64,000 bases of DNA. Source: a virus. Every line of letters begins with the position of its first letter. The stretch's first letter is position 1. This document shows, piece by piece, positions 44,989 through 54,998 of the stretch. The stretch lies in the UHGV virus genome UHGV-1370141. One strand, given 5' to 3'. Position numbers and translations under genes: made by a program. The notes under the pieces are model-generated. The model searched no databases. It saw only the letters and a program-made list of their open reading frames with translations, and was not told the origin of the DNA.

Positions 44989-45464
44989 CAGTTTACCTCA
45001 TCGAGATAAACACGAAGCCAAGGCATTGACTCTAAACGCGGCATCATATTCCGGGTGTTCGGAGACCAACGCAATGACTCGTGGTATTTCTTTTTGAAAC
45101 GTTCCCAGTGATACGAGAACGGTTTGGGTTGAAAACCACGCTCTTTAAGCACTTCTTCCCAAACCAGGTCTTTAATGAAATCGTCGACTAACATTAAAAC
45201 CAACACCTTCCATTTACTCCGGCGATAGTGTCGTTGAAAACACTTACGGAGTTCTGAAAAGTCTTCTCGTTTACTGGAACGTACTACTGGGACAGCTTTC
45301 TCTTTATATTGCGAACAATGGCTGTGTTGTACGATCTTAACCGGAACGCCCCGAACCTTACCAGCTTGAATATCCAGTTCGTGTTCGGGGACGATTTCAA
45401 CACAACGTAATGCTTTTGCTCGATTGTCTTCTAAGCACCGCGTCTCATATTCGACACGTATCAT
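44988..45464 (-). CDS. hypothetical protein
   Basis: 158-aa ORF. Confidence 0.45.
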   Translation of the reverse strand: MIRVEYETRCLEDNRAKALRCVEIVPEHELDIQAGKVRGVPVKIVQHSHCSQYKEKAVPVVRSSKREDFSELRKCFQRHYRRSKWKVLVLMLVDDFIKDLVWEEVLKERGFQPKPFSYHWERFKKKYHESLRWSPNTRNMMPRLESMPWLRVYLDEVN

Positions 45465-45480
45465 TTTAGACTCTCAACGG

Positions 45481-45957
45481 TTAATAAATTTTATCCGCAA
45501 CAGAGAGAAAGATGGGCGTGTTTTCGATAAAATCCACCAAATATCCTTCTTCCGGCGGGGCGTATGACGAAACAACGTTACCGTTCGTCATACGAAAATA
45601 CCGACGAGAGTCGCTGGCGATATACCAACGGTCAATCTGGTAGCCTTTTTTCGAAAAGAAACACAGGCCGTCAATGTTCGAAGGGTGGACACGACACGTC
45701 ACCATTTGGCGATCGGAATTCAGTTGAACGTACTGCAATAAGAACGAACCCACACCGAAACGTCGAGAGCCTTCCGCTACCACCAGATAGATAAGATTAC
45801 CCGGTTCCCAAATCGCGATACCGTGCGTAATGTCGTCTTCTATCGCTAACGTAATACGAACAGGTGTTTCGCGTATCGAGTTTAAGTCCTTGATATATTC
45901 GCGTAATTGTGGAAATTTAGCGGAGATTTTGTCTTCAGTAATATCTAACTGCTGCAT
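45481..45957 (-). CDS. hypothetical protein, possible GNAT-like acetyltransferase
   Basis: ..VVAEGSRRFGVGSFLLQYV.. resembles the GNAT acetyl-CoA binding loop; weak. Confidence 0.4.
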   Translation of the reverse strand: MQQLDITEDKISAKFPQLREYIKDLNSIRETPVRITLAIEDDITHGIAIWEPGNLIYLVVAEGSRRFGVGSFLLQYVQLNSDRQMVTCRVHPSNIDGLCFFSKKGYQIDRWYIASDSRRYFRMTNGNVVSSYAPPEEGYLVDFIENTPIFLSVADKIY

Positions 45958-46610
45958 TATTGTTCCCCAATTGACATAACGTTATTAACGAATTCAGCCC
46001 ACGTAGTGTTCTCGCCGGAAGTAAATAAACTGCTAAGCGGAACGTTTCGGTGTTTTGGAATAATCGTATCGAGTTTATTTACTGGAACTTCGCTCCATAG
46101 CGCCCAGCCGTACAACCCCTCCACCGTTTTTCTCTCACCGTGCAATACCGGCACCCACCACGCAAACTGTACGAATCTTTTACCGCGACAAGTTTTGAGA
46201 GTTGTGGTAAAACCGTGGTCTAACATGCGTACGTCATCAACCTTACAGTTAATTGAGAAAAGACCGTAGCGGGTGAGTAATTTTCTTATCTGAAACGTCA
46301 GTTCGATCTGATAACTCTTCAGTTTATCGGTGTCCAAATAAACCCGACCTTTCCCAACCCCGATTCCTTTCTGTTCTAAATACTCTGCGATTAACGCAGA
46401 CGTACTCCCTTCTACGCCAGGGCAATCTAATCCGCCCGACAAAGGTACTGCATTATAATAATGATGCAGCGTCTCCTGGAAAGCCGTCAACACAAATTCT
46501 TCGTCTTTAATGAAATCAATGACCTCCCCATTAGAGGCAGGCAATGGGGCAAGCTTCAATTCCCAGATAGGAATCAGTAGCGTTCTGGTCATTAAACGTA
46601 GTGGTTCCAT
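45957..46610 (-). CDS. hypothetical protein
   Basis: 217-aa ORF. Confidence 0.5.
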   Translation of the reverse strand: MEPLRLMTRTLLIPIWELKLAPLPASNGEVIDFIKDEEFVLTAFQETLHHYYNAVPLSGGLDCPGVEGSTSALIAEYLEQKGIGVGKGRVYLDTDKLKSYQIELTFQIRKLLTRYGLFSINCKVDDVRMLDHGFTTTLKTCRGKRFVQFAWWVPVLHGERKTVEGLYGWALWSEVPVNKLDTIIPKHRNVPLSSLFTSGENTTWAEFVNNVMSIGEQ

Positions 46611-46670
46611 GATAAGTCTCCTTGTTCAAGTCTCACAGTATGATCAAAAATTGTAAAATAAAAAGAAGAA

Positions 46671-46694
46671 AACCTCTACCCGAAGGTAGAGGTT
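46671..46694 (-). terminator. rho-independent terminator
   Basis: aacctctacc-cgaa-ggtagaggtt preceded by an A-run on the plus strand; after the stop of 46699..47277. Confidence 0.6.
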
Positions 46695-46698
46695 GGTT

Positions 46699-47277
46699 TT
46701 ATTTCGTTGTCTTTGTTTCCGTCTTCGCGACGACCTGACCTGATTTCTCAAGTTTCTTCTCGACAACTTTGGTAGCAATCTCCAACGACTTGTAAGCCAA
46801 TGTTTTAATCGGCCACGTTGCAAATACTACCAGTCCGAACAGCGGAAGTAAGGATACAAACAACACTTCCATGCTGTCTTTTGGAAAGTTCTGATGCGTG
46901 TCGTACGCTAAGAAGCCTGTCACGACCACAGTGGCGAGAGCAAGCAGAACAATAATGAACTTCTGTGCACCGGCAAGTTTCGGCCACAGCGTCAACATCG
47001 TTTCTTTGCTTACTTCGTCACCTAAACTCTCTACAGCGTTTGTGGCTTGCTGCTGAAAGTTTTCCGCCATCTTTCCAATGTTCTCAAGAAGCGTTGGGCG
47101 TAACTCCGACAGAATCTTTGTACCCGACCGCGTTACGTCTACAGAGACTTCGTCACCGAAGTTGTCTTTGAGAATCTTAGACAGTTCTTCGGACTGCTCT
47201 TTACTTAACTTTCTGTTTCCTGCTTGGATAAGAATGTCAAGAATTGCGGCTGACACGTCTTGTGTTGGTTGCGACAT
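46699..47277 (-). CDS. hypothetical membrane protein
   Basis: 192 aa with two predicted hydrophobic helices (FIIVLLALATVVVTGFLAY; VLFVSLLPLFGLVVFATWPI). Confidence 0.5.
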   Translation of the reverse strand: MSQPTQDVSAAILDILIQAGNRKLSKEQSEELSKILKDNFGDEVSVDVTRSGTKILSELRPTLLENIGKMAENFQQQATNAVESLGDEVSKETMLTLWPKLAGAQKFIIVLLALATVVVTGFLAYDTHQNFPKDSMEVLFVSLLPLFGLVVFATWPIKTLAYKSLEIATKVVEKKLEKSGQVVAKTETKTTK

Positions 47278-47279
47278 CG

Positions 47280-47924
47280 CTATTTCCTCCGACGTCTTCT
47301 CCGCCGTTTTGCCGTCTTAGCAGACTTTTGTTTTGGCGGTAGGAGACTATTCAAGTTTAACAGGTTTACCCTGACAAAGATATTCCCCACCGCCACGGCA
47401 TCGATACTGTGCTCATCCAACGTTGTAATATCAAACAACGCGTGGTCGCGATACAACTTCGTTACGGCACGAAACATATCTGTTTTGTCCGTTCCTTTCG
47501 CTTCCACACCGACGAATGATTTTACAATAATCGGATTGAACCCGTGTAGCACCTTCTCTGGAAACACGTCCCATAACGCACGTCTTAACATCAGCTGTAA
47601 CTCTACGCCAGATTCGTACGCGGAGAGTTTTGCCCGCCGCATAAACGGCGTTTCTGTTGCAACAAACGTCGGACGCGCAATCCGAAGAAACTCACGGTAG
47701 CACGCTTCGAGTTTTACTAAGCGATCGTCGCGTTTACCGACACACTCTGCAAACGCACTTGGATGTGTTGGGTCTAATACGTGCATGGTATCAGCCCACA
47801 CCACTTCGGCTTGGTCGCTGCCATATTCCCAATCCAGCACCGCCATCCCGAGATGGCTCGTACCGGGGTCTATCGCCGCGATCCTGACCATTTTATCGGG
47901 AAGTCTCGGCTCAGGAATCAACAT
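47280..47924 (-). CDS. RuvC-like Holliday junction resolvase
   Basis: ..VRIAAIDPGTSHLGMAV.. matches the RuvC GIDPG motif; later VATETPF and EHSIDAVAVG match positions of the catalytic acidic residues; poly-Arg C-terminal tail (KRRRRRRRK). Confidence 0.6.
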   Translation of the reverse strand: MLIPEPRLPDKMVRIAAIDPGTSHLGMAVLDWEYGSDQAEVVWADTMHVLDPTHPSAFAECVGKRDDRLVKLEACYREFLRIARPTFVATETPFMRRAKLSAYESGVELQLMLRRALWDVFPEKVLHGFNPIIVKSFVGVEAKGTDKTDMFRAVTKLYRDHALFDITTLDEHSIDAVAVGNIFVRVNLLNLNSLLPPKQKSAKTAKRRRRRRRK

Positions 47925-48811
47925 TAATTCGCTGTCCCTAAGAAGAACGGTGCAGGTTGACCGATACGGATCGTCAGTGACAGTTTATCGTTCGTCTGCG
48001 CCAGGTTAGTAAACATCGAAATGTAATACAGGGCTTGTACACCGATAGCTTCAGTGTAGCTGAACTTCGAACCTGTGGCAGAGTCACCAGACGTTACCTG
48101 GTCTAAACCGGAGCACAGTGCCAGTTCAGAGATAATCGAACTACGAGGGCTACCGCGCATAATGCTGGTTACGTTCATGTACTCCTGAACGTCGAAGTCC
48201 GTCCATGGGATAACCAGGTCTGCACCTGACTCCACATAACGGCCGTCAGGAATTGCAACGGTACCGTCGTCGTCGTAATCGTAATCCGGCAACACTTTCG
48301 GTACCGGGTTCAGTTCAGTATCTGTATAAACAAAGTCTTCTACAGTTTCAACACCGTTCTCACGCTTAATGTCGTAGTCGGTGGTTTTTACTGCACGCAT
48401 GTCAATGCGTTTTAAGTAGTACGCCCAATATTCACGTTTGTTGATGGTTTCCAGAGTACGGAAAGCGTAGTTCTTACGCTGTTCATCAGACAAATCGTTG
48501 TCTTTAGTACGCAGGACAAACGGAACGCGTGAAAACATCCCGGACGCGATAGGTTCTTTAGCTACAGGAACAACATCAGCAACAACATCTGATGTGTCGA
48601 CCATGTGGCCACGGTTACCAATCGCCATGTACTGCAAATGGGGACGTGCTTTACCGTCCGGCACTGGGGTTTGCATGAGCTTATAAAACTCATTCAGTGT
48701 GGACTTCTGTGGGTATTGCACATCGGCACCGGTAATTAATGCGGTAGCCAGACGCATCGCATTAAGTGTTACCGTCGAGAGTTTACCGTCGTAAACTTTG
48801 ACATTAGACAT
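47924..48811 (-). CDS. hypothetical protein (possible virion protein)
   Basis: 295-aa ORF. Confidence 0.5.
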   Translation of the reverse strand: MSNVKVYDGKLSTVTLNAMRLATALITGADVQYPQKSTLNEFYKLMQTPVPDGKARPHLQYMAIGNRGHMVDTSDVVADVVPVAKEPIASGMFSRVPFVLRTKDNDLSDEQRKNYAFRTLETINKREYWAYYLKRIDMRAVKTTDYDIKRENGVETVEDFVYTDTELNPVPKVLPDYDYDDDGTVAIPDGRYVESGADLVIPWTDFDVQEYMNVTSIMRGSPRSSIISELALCSGLDQVTSGDSATGSKFSYTEAIGVQALYYISMFTNLAQTNDKLSLTIRIGQPAPFFLGTAN

Positions 48812-49358
48812 TGATTAATTCTCCAGGGCGGAACCCGTCCAGCGCAAGTTTCGTCACGAGAGACGCCAACGTACGTGGTGTGGGGTCAGTAAATACGACC
48901 GGAATCGTTCCTTTAAAAGATAAGTGATTCGGGACTAAGCGAACATCATAAGAATCGAGTTCCTCACTGATAGGCTCGATCATAATGTCGTCTTCAGTCA
49001 AATCAATACCGGTCTGGGCAACGATATAGTCTGCTAGTTCTTGGCTGCTGGTTACTTCGCCTTTCGGTACTGTAACCGGTTCGTCAGCTAAGAACGTTGC
49101 CAGGTCAACACGGGTTAAGATGAATTCCTGGTTCCCTGTAACACCGTTTTTAAAGTCGGCCGCCACTTTCGATTCCAGTCCGTAACGACGGGCTTCGTCT
49201 TTCGTCAGCGGTTGCACACCTTTATCGTTAAAATCGATGTTATCAGTGGTATAGGATACCCCGAAAACGTAGTTAATACGATCTACCAGAATTTGTTTCG
49301 GAGTTTTCGTTAAGTCGACGCGATATGCCATGGTTTTCTCACTTAGGTAGCTGGTCAA
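48804..49358 (-). CDS. hypothetical protein
   Basis: 184-aa ORF. Confidence 0.5.
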   Translation of the reverse strand: MTSYLSEKTMAYRVDLTKTPKQILVDRINYVFGVSYTTDNIDFNDKGVQPLTKDEARRYGLESKVAADFKNGVTGNQEFILTRVDLATFLADEPVTVPKGEVTSSQELADYIVAQTGIDLTEDDIMIEPISEELDSYDVRLVPNHLSFKGTIPVVFTDPTPRTLASLVTKLALDGFRPGELINV

Positions 49359-51522
49359 GCGTGAAGCCGTCCAGATCGTTAATTTTCACCTGTTCGTTTA
49401 ACGTCCAATCGTCAAGCGAAGATTTCACTTTAACAACCCCGGTAGTCGGCTCGTTAATATCCACCACAACCTGCTGTGTTACTTTCACTCGGATGCCCAT
49501 GTAAATGTTCATCCTGAGTTTGATGTGCTGCGGCATCGACAGTTCTTTAATAACAGGCGCTGCCGGTAACACAGTGTCGGTAGACATATACTGGTGACGC
49601 GTAACTTGCTGTACGCCTAAGAGGGGTTCAATAATTGTAATTGTCCCCTCCCCACTCATAGGGATATCCCCTAAGATGGGACAGAGCGGGTCCATAACGT
49701 CGTAAGAATCTGACCCCATTCGCGCAGCAAAATGTACGGTGTAGGATGACAACTTCGTCATCAGTCGTACCATCGCACGCTGAATCTCAGACTGTGAAAT
49801 CGTTGCACGGGTTTCCAGGTTAGTCGCGGTGTTAAACGCATCAATAGCAATGTCTTGCCACGTCTCCGCCGAAACCAACGTATAATCTAACCCGAACGTT
49901 TTAAAGAACTCATCGTAGTTACGGTAGTTCAGTTTTAAATCGCAGCGATAATCACGATAATGGTAGTTAAACAGCATCAAGCCCGCAGCGCGGTCAGGAA
50001 TCTTCCGACGGTTTTGGCTATAACGCCAACGACGACGTTTCTGGGTAATGATTTCATTAACCGTGTCGTAAAGCTCATCAGCACTAAGAATCGTTCCGAC
50101 GACTTCTGTGTGCGTATCGGTATAATAGTTAATCAACGCATTGAAACGGTTTTCCCAGCTCGGGATTAAATGTTGTTCCATTTCGTCGAACGAAACCCAA
50201 CGTTTGATTAACACCCCGAACACGTTGAACACAGGAATCTCTTCTAACGCAACGTCAGAATATCCTTTATACGCCGCATACAAGAACAGCGCCAATAACT
50301 CTTTTGAGCTAAGCTTTAAGGTATCCCCGTTTGTTGGGTTAAGAATCTCGTGGTAGATATTGTACTTCCCTTTCGCGACGAGATGTACCCATTCGTTAAA
50401 GAGGTTATGCAGATACTCAAAGCGCTCAATCGCTTCTGGGTCGACTGCTGTCACTTCAATGAGTTTGGTTTTCAGGTTAGGGTATTGCGTTAAACTTAAA
50501 CGGGTATCTAAGTCTTCCTGATACTCCGGTTCGTACGCCGGGTTATTGTACGCTAACGCGACTTCCTTCTGGATAATGTCCGTCGTCGTTACAATGTCAA
50601 GGTCTCGACCAGAATCCTTTTCTGTGTAATTAAGCGATTGCTGGTAACCGATCGGTAACGGAGTTAACGTGGAATCGTCATCATCCTTCGGCTCGTGTAT
50701 TTGCTGCGCAACATTATACCCAACCGCAGGCATCCCCCAACCTGTCAGTAGCGCATCAATCTGCCAGTCGAAAATCTCCTCTTTCCCTGAGTTACGTTCC
50801 CAGTAACGAATATTCCGATAAAGAATGAATTTCTGTTTCTGGGTCAGATACGGCATAAACTCGTGAAGTTCTTGGTGTGATGCTAAGAACTCTGTCACGT
50901 AAAACGAGTGTGTTTCCGTGGTATGCTGTAAAGAAGAACGGATGTAACCAATAATGCCGGGTAGCTGCGGATACAGAATACAGTAGAACGCTAACACGAA
51001 CGCATCGTTGTGAACTTTCCACCCTTCTGACATATAGCGAACGTGAGCTGCCCTTATTCTGTCTTCCAATCTCGACATCAGCGACGTCTCTTGCGACTCC
51101 ACTAATGAACTGTCGTAATAGAGAATAGAACAATCAGCCACACGGATGGCGTAGTTTATATCCACCGGATTAAACACACCTCGGATATAAATCGCGTAGT
51201 CAGGATACGTTCTGATCAGCTCCTCAACGTACTCGCCGTTCGAACGAAATACGTTTGAGGTCTTTTTATGACGGGACAGGTTGGCTGTCGTTAATTCTAT
51301 CTGCTCTTGCGTGTCGAGCGACGTTATGTAAATAGGCTTATCCCATTCGTGACGTTGTCCTGCTAAATGCAGGTAGTATCGCCACGTACTTCGGTTATCG
51401 GAAACGAAACCGCCGTTCTCGGTTATTGCCAGATTCATCTGTTGTGCGATTGATTCTGATTTAATAATCAGTGATTTCGCCAACGCGATGTTCTGTTCAC
51501 GAAATATGTTAAATCTCTGCAT
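49339..51522 (-). CDS. large hypothetical protein (possible virion/morphogenesis protein)
   Basis: Start assigned to the ATG at 51522 (MQRFNIF..), which has a GGGG RBS; the ORF-track start at 51534 is a TTG with no RBS. Confidence 0.55.
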   Translation of the reverse strand: MQRFNIFREQNIALAKSLIIKSESIAQQMNLAITENGGFVSDNRSTWRYYLHLAGQRHEWDKPIYITSLDTQEQIELTTANLSRHKKTSNVFRSNGEYVEELIRTYPDYAIYIRGVFNPVDINYAIRVADCSILYYDSSLVESQETSLMSRLEDRIRAAHVRYMSEGWKVHNDAFVLAFYCILYPQLPGIIGYIRSSLQHTTETHSFYVTEFLASHQELHEFMPYLTQKQKFILYRNIRYWERNSGKEEIFDWQIDALLTGWGMPAVGYNVAQQIHEPKDDDDSTLTPLPIGYQQSLNYTEKDSGRDLDIVTTTDIIQKEVALAYNNPAYEPEYQEDLDTRLSLTQYPNLKTKLIEVTAVDPEAIERFEYLHNLFNEWVHLVAKGKYNIYHEILNPTNGDTLKLSSKELLALFLYAAYKGYSDVALEEIPVFNVFGVLIKRWVSFDEMEQHLIPSWENRFNALINYYTDTHTEVVGTILSADELYDTVNEIITQKRRRWRYSQNRRKIPDRAAGLMLFNYHYRDYRCDLKLNYRNYDEFFKTFGLDYTLVSAETWQDIAIDAFNTATNLETRATISQSEIQRAMVRLMTKLSSYTVHFAARMGSDSYDVMDPLCPILGDIPMSGEGTITIIEPLLGVQQVTRHQYMSTDTVLPAAPVIKELSMPQHIKLRMNIYMGIRVKVTQQVVVDINEPTTGVVKVKSSLDDWTLNEQVKINDLDGFTLDQLPK

Positions 51523-51533
51523 CGGAGACCCCA

Positions 51534-54251
51534 ATGGACGATATTAGTAAATTAACGGGCGACCCCGCCGTAGCTGCAATTCTTCGTAAAACTACGGGCC
51601 CAGCACCTCAGCAACAACGCGGTACGCGTAGCGAGGGTGGTTCTACGCCAACACGTCAAGAACTCACGGCAATTGCGAGTTCACGTATTCGTACTATCAA
51701 AAATGCGGAACGTATCTTTGATGCGTTACCTGAACTCGAAACAATCGTTACTATTGCAACTTCGAGCCTGCTATCAACAAAAGACTTAATCAACACGACG
51801 TTGATTTACGACAACGTCGCGGACATCCCCATTGATCTGCGTAACGCACTACTGACACCGACCCGTGATTATCACGATAACATTCGTCAGCTACCTAAGA
51901 AATTATATCAGTGGATTTACGATGCGTTAAAAACCAAAGGCGCAAGTCCAGTGATGATAATCTCGGATACCGGCTTCGACCAATTATTCGGTCTGAATAC
52001 AAAGGTCGCTACTGAATCTGTTCGTCGTTCCCAAACGGCGTTCTTCGAACAGCAGCTTGGTATTCTCGGGCCTATTAATGCGCCGAAAGAAGGGCAGCGT
52101 GTTGGTGTGGAATCAATTCTCAACCGTTTACACGGAGCCGTTACTGGTCCACAGACGTTGAAAATCGATTTCGGTAAGCACGATTCGATGTTCTCGGATA
52201 AATTCCAGATGGAAATCACGATTACCGATAACCCGCGCATTACCATGCTGCCAGATTTGTATCGTCGTATTGCGCATGAGAACGCACGTACGGGATTGTA
52301 CGGGCAATTAGAGCAAGCCGCATATGAAAAGCCGTCTACACCAAACGGTGGCAGTCCGTTCGACCCTAACCAATCTTTCGATGACCGTCAGCGTGACGCT
52401 GCTGAAAAAGGGTTCATTAACTTGGGTGATTTAAACGAAGCGTATAAGTCAACACCGAAAACACAAACGTACGGTGATATTCCTATTATCTCAATGGATG
52501 AGAATAACAAAATCGAATACATCGAACGTTTACTGCCCGCAGAGTCAACGCTGCCACTGGTAATTGGCGATGACGTTCGTAACCCTATCGGTTATCTGAC
52601 TATCGTAGATGACATGGGTAACTTCATCAATGCTCGCTCCTCGCTGTACGGCGATGCGAACTTTATGAACTACCTGAATAACGACGGGATGACGGACAGC
52701 ATCATTAACCGTTCTAATCTGGGCCTAGGGAACACTTCTCGTATTACCCCGGAAATCGCCAACCGTTTAAGTGCACGTTGCGGTGAAATCGCTGAAAACG
52801 AATTTGCACGCGCATTAAGTCAGGCACTAGGTGGCGCAGAAATCAGCATGAATATTACCGAAACATTCGGTCGTATTCTGTTAGCGCGTCATCTCGCAAA
52901 ACGTCATACTCAGGTGGTTTACATTCCGGTTAATAACCTATGCTATTTTGCAACGGACTTTAACGAAGACGGTATCGGGGTTTCTATTACTGAACGCTCC
53001 TTTATTATCTCTACTGTCAGGATGGCGCTGCTGTTCGCAACGATGAACTCATCTGTACTGAACTCGGCTCGTCACATGCAGTACGACATTGAGCTGTCAC
53101 CAGATGATGCAAACGGTCAAAAAACCGTTGACCAAGTTAAATCAGATATCCTTAATTCCTACAATCGTCGCCTGCCGATGTGGGGCGATATCAACGACGC
53201 CTGGTCAATGGGGGCTAACGCGGGGATTGCCTTTAACGTAACGGGTAACGATTACTACGCCAGTCACAAAGTGTCTGTGTCTGATACCACGCCGGAGTAT
53301 AAAGTTCCTGATCAACAAATTGACGAGAACCTGTTACGCCGTACATGTCACATCGCGTGTGTTGATCCTGACCTTGTACTTACCCCGGAGAACCTGGAGT
53401 TTGCTTCTCAGATTTATTCTAAATCGCTGTTGGTCACTCAACAGATTGTGAAGAAACAGGAAATCCTCTCAACCCCGCTTACGCGCTACGTTACAAACAG
53501 TCTGCAAGCTTCACCGAAACTGCAAGCAGAACTCATCCGTATTATCGTTGAGTATATCCGTGAGCAGAATCCGGATGTATCTAGCGAAGAGATGACAAAA
53601 CAAACGTCAGAGTATATGGCGAAGTTTATCAACGGTATGAAGGTCACCTTGCCACCGCCTGATACTTCTGCAACAGCATCTCAAGCTGATCTCTTCGATA
53701 AACGCTATGAATTTATCGAGAAACTTGCAGATCTGGTGGTCACGGATGACATTGCTAATATGCTTCAGAACGAAGGTATTGAAATGTCACCTGATGACCT
53801 CAAGACGATGGTTAAGACCTTCTACGCGCGCAACTGGCTACGTAATCAGGGCATTGAGAACGATATGTTCGACCTGATTTACGATGAAGAGAAACGCGGT
53901 GAAAATGTGAAGATGATCTCTGACGAAATTGCTTCTGCGTCTAAGACATTGATTCAGTTAGCAAAACGTGTAACAGGGAAAGTCGAAACATTAGCAAAAG
54001 CAGCCGATCTGAATCCTGAAGACGCCAATAACTTCGGCGGTGGTAGCGACTTTGGTGGCGGCACTGAAGATGACGGTGGCTTAGGAGGCGATGAGGACTT
54101 AGGGGGTGACGATCTGGGCGGTGATGAAGACTTGGACATGACCGATGATGAAACGACGGAAACCGATACGACAACGGAAGAAGACGTTTCAACTGAAGGC
54201 ACGGACGAGACGGATACCGGTACAGACGACAACACCGATGAAACTCTCTAA
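51534..54251 (+). CDS. large hypothetical protein with polyacidic low-complexity C-terminal tail
   Basis: 905 aa; GGAGA RBS before the ATG; C-terminal ~80 aa is GGGSDFGGGTEDDGGLGGDEDLGGDDLGGDEDLD..TDDETTETDTTTEED..; followed by a terminator. Confidence 0.6.
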   Translation: MDDISKLTGDPAVAAILRKTTGPAPQQQRGTRSEGGSTPTRQELTAIASSRIRTIKNAERIFDALPELETIVTIATSSLLSTKDLINTTLIYDNVADIPIDLRNALLTPTRDYHDNIRQLPKKLYQWIYDALKTKGASPVMIISDTGFDQLFGLNTKVATESVRRSQTAFFEQQLGILGPINAPKEGQRVGVESILNRLHGAVTGPQTLKIDFGKHDSMFSDKFQMEITITDNPRITMLPDLYRRIAHENARTGLYGQLEQAAYEKPSTPNGGSPFDPNQSFDDRQRDAAEKGFINLGDLNEAYKSTPKTQTYGDIPIISMDENNKIEYIERLLPAESTLPLVIGDDVRNPIGYLTIVDDMGNFINARSSLYGDANFMNYLNNDGMTDSIINRSNLGLGNTSRITPEIANRLSARCGEIAENEFARALSQALGGAEISMNITETFGRILLARHLAKRHTQVVYIPVNNLCYFATDFNEDGIGVSITERSFIISTVRMALLFATMNSSVLNSARHMQYDIELSPDDANGQKTVDQVKSDILNSYNRRLPMWGDINDAWSMGANAGIAFNVTGNDYYASHKVSVSDTTPEYKVPDQQIDENLLRRTCHIACVDPDLVLTPENLEFASQIYSKSLLVTQQIVKKQEILSTPLTRYVTNSLQASPKLQAELIRIIVEYIREQNPDVSSEEMTKQTSEYMAKFINGMKVTLPPPDTSATASQADLFDKRYEFIEKLADLVVTDDIANMLQNEGIEMSPDDLKTMVKTFYARNWLRNQGIENDMFDLIYDEEKRGENVKMISDEIASASKTLIQLAKRVTGKVETLAKAADLNPEDANNFGGGSDFGGGTEDDGGLGGDEDLGGDDLGGDEDLDMTDDETTETDTTTEEDVSTEGTDETDTGTDDNTDETL

Positions 54252-54273
54252 ATAGCAAAAAAAATAATTCGAG

Positions 54274-54318
54274 CTTACTCCGACCCTTCTGGGGTCGGAG
54301 TAGCTTTCTTTTTTTTTT
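54274..54318 (+). terminator. rho-independent terminator
   Basis: Hairpin actccgaccc-ttct-ggggtcggag(tag) followed by a run of about 13 T. Confidence 0.75.
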
Positions 54319-54617
54319 CACCACGCTATTTCGTCTTTGTTGATAGCAAGGTCTAACATAATTCCTATTGCTAAAGGATCGTTATCAAACGCCATCAGTT
54401 TCGCTAACAGTTCTGACTGACCTGATTTCTTGACGGCTTTCAGTAACTCATTACGGGCATTATAGTAGATAAGCCAGTATCTACCGTGATTGACTTTGGT
54501 GTTTGAATGTTCTAACAGGTAACGATTAAACTCCATGGTTGCATTGGTTTCAGGTAATTCGAAGCGAAAACGTGGACTACGTTCGTAGTTTACATTAATA
54601 ACAACATATTTAATCAT
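54318..54617 (-). CDS. hypothetical protein
   Basis: 99-aa ORF. Confidence 0.45.
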   Translation of the reverse strand: MIKYVVINVNYERSPRFRFELPETNATMEFNRYLLEHSNTKVNHGRYWLIYYNARNELLKAVKKSGQSELLAKLMAFDNDPLAIGIMLDLAINKDEIAW

Positions 54618-54676
54618 TTCCTCATTCCCTCACTATAGTGGGCAGCTATAATAAATTGGGGAATAAAAATAAAGGA

Positions 54677-54694
54677 GGAGAGCCGAAGCTCTCC
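54677..54694 (-). terminator. terminator hairpin
   Basis: ggagagc-cgaa-gctctcc preceded by an A-rich tract on the plus strand, after the stop of 54706..54960. Confidence 0.5.
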
Positions 54695-54705
54695 TTGTGT
54701 GGTGA

Positions 54706-54960
54706 TTAACCAATAGCAGCGATACGTTCTTCGAGTAACAGTTTCTCTGCGGCCATAACTTCTAACTCCGCAGTGATAAGTTTTACCTGCTTCTCGTCGA
54801 TAAATAATGGACGTTTCTCAATAAGTTGTTCACGCTCGTGAATACGGACGCGAAGTTGATATAACTCCAAAGAAAGTTGTTGCTTTAAACGCTCTACGGT
54901 ATCAATTACGTTTAGCTCTATCTTGGCTTTACTGTAATCAACATAAGCGGCCATACGCAC
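54706..54960 (-). CDS. hypothetical coiled-coil protein
   Basis: 84 aa, heptad-like Leu/Glu/Gln-rich sequence. Confidence 0.45.
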   Translation of the reverse strand: MRMAAYVDYSKAKIELNVIDTVERLKQQLSLELYQLRVRIHEREQLIEKRPLFIDEKQVKLITAELEVMAAEKLLLEERIAAIG

Positions 54961-54998
54961 TCCTTAAAAATGGGGATGTTTCCACCCCCAATCCAAAC

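Noticed and set aside
53941-54324. 127-aa minus-strand ORF (and 53954..54235)
   Set aside because: Antisense to the polyacidic tail of the 905-aa protein and runs through the plus-strand terminator; Arg/His/Ser-rich mirror image of the acidic repeats.
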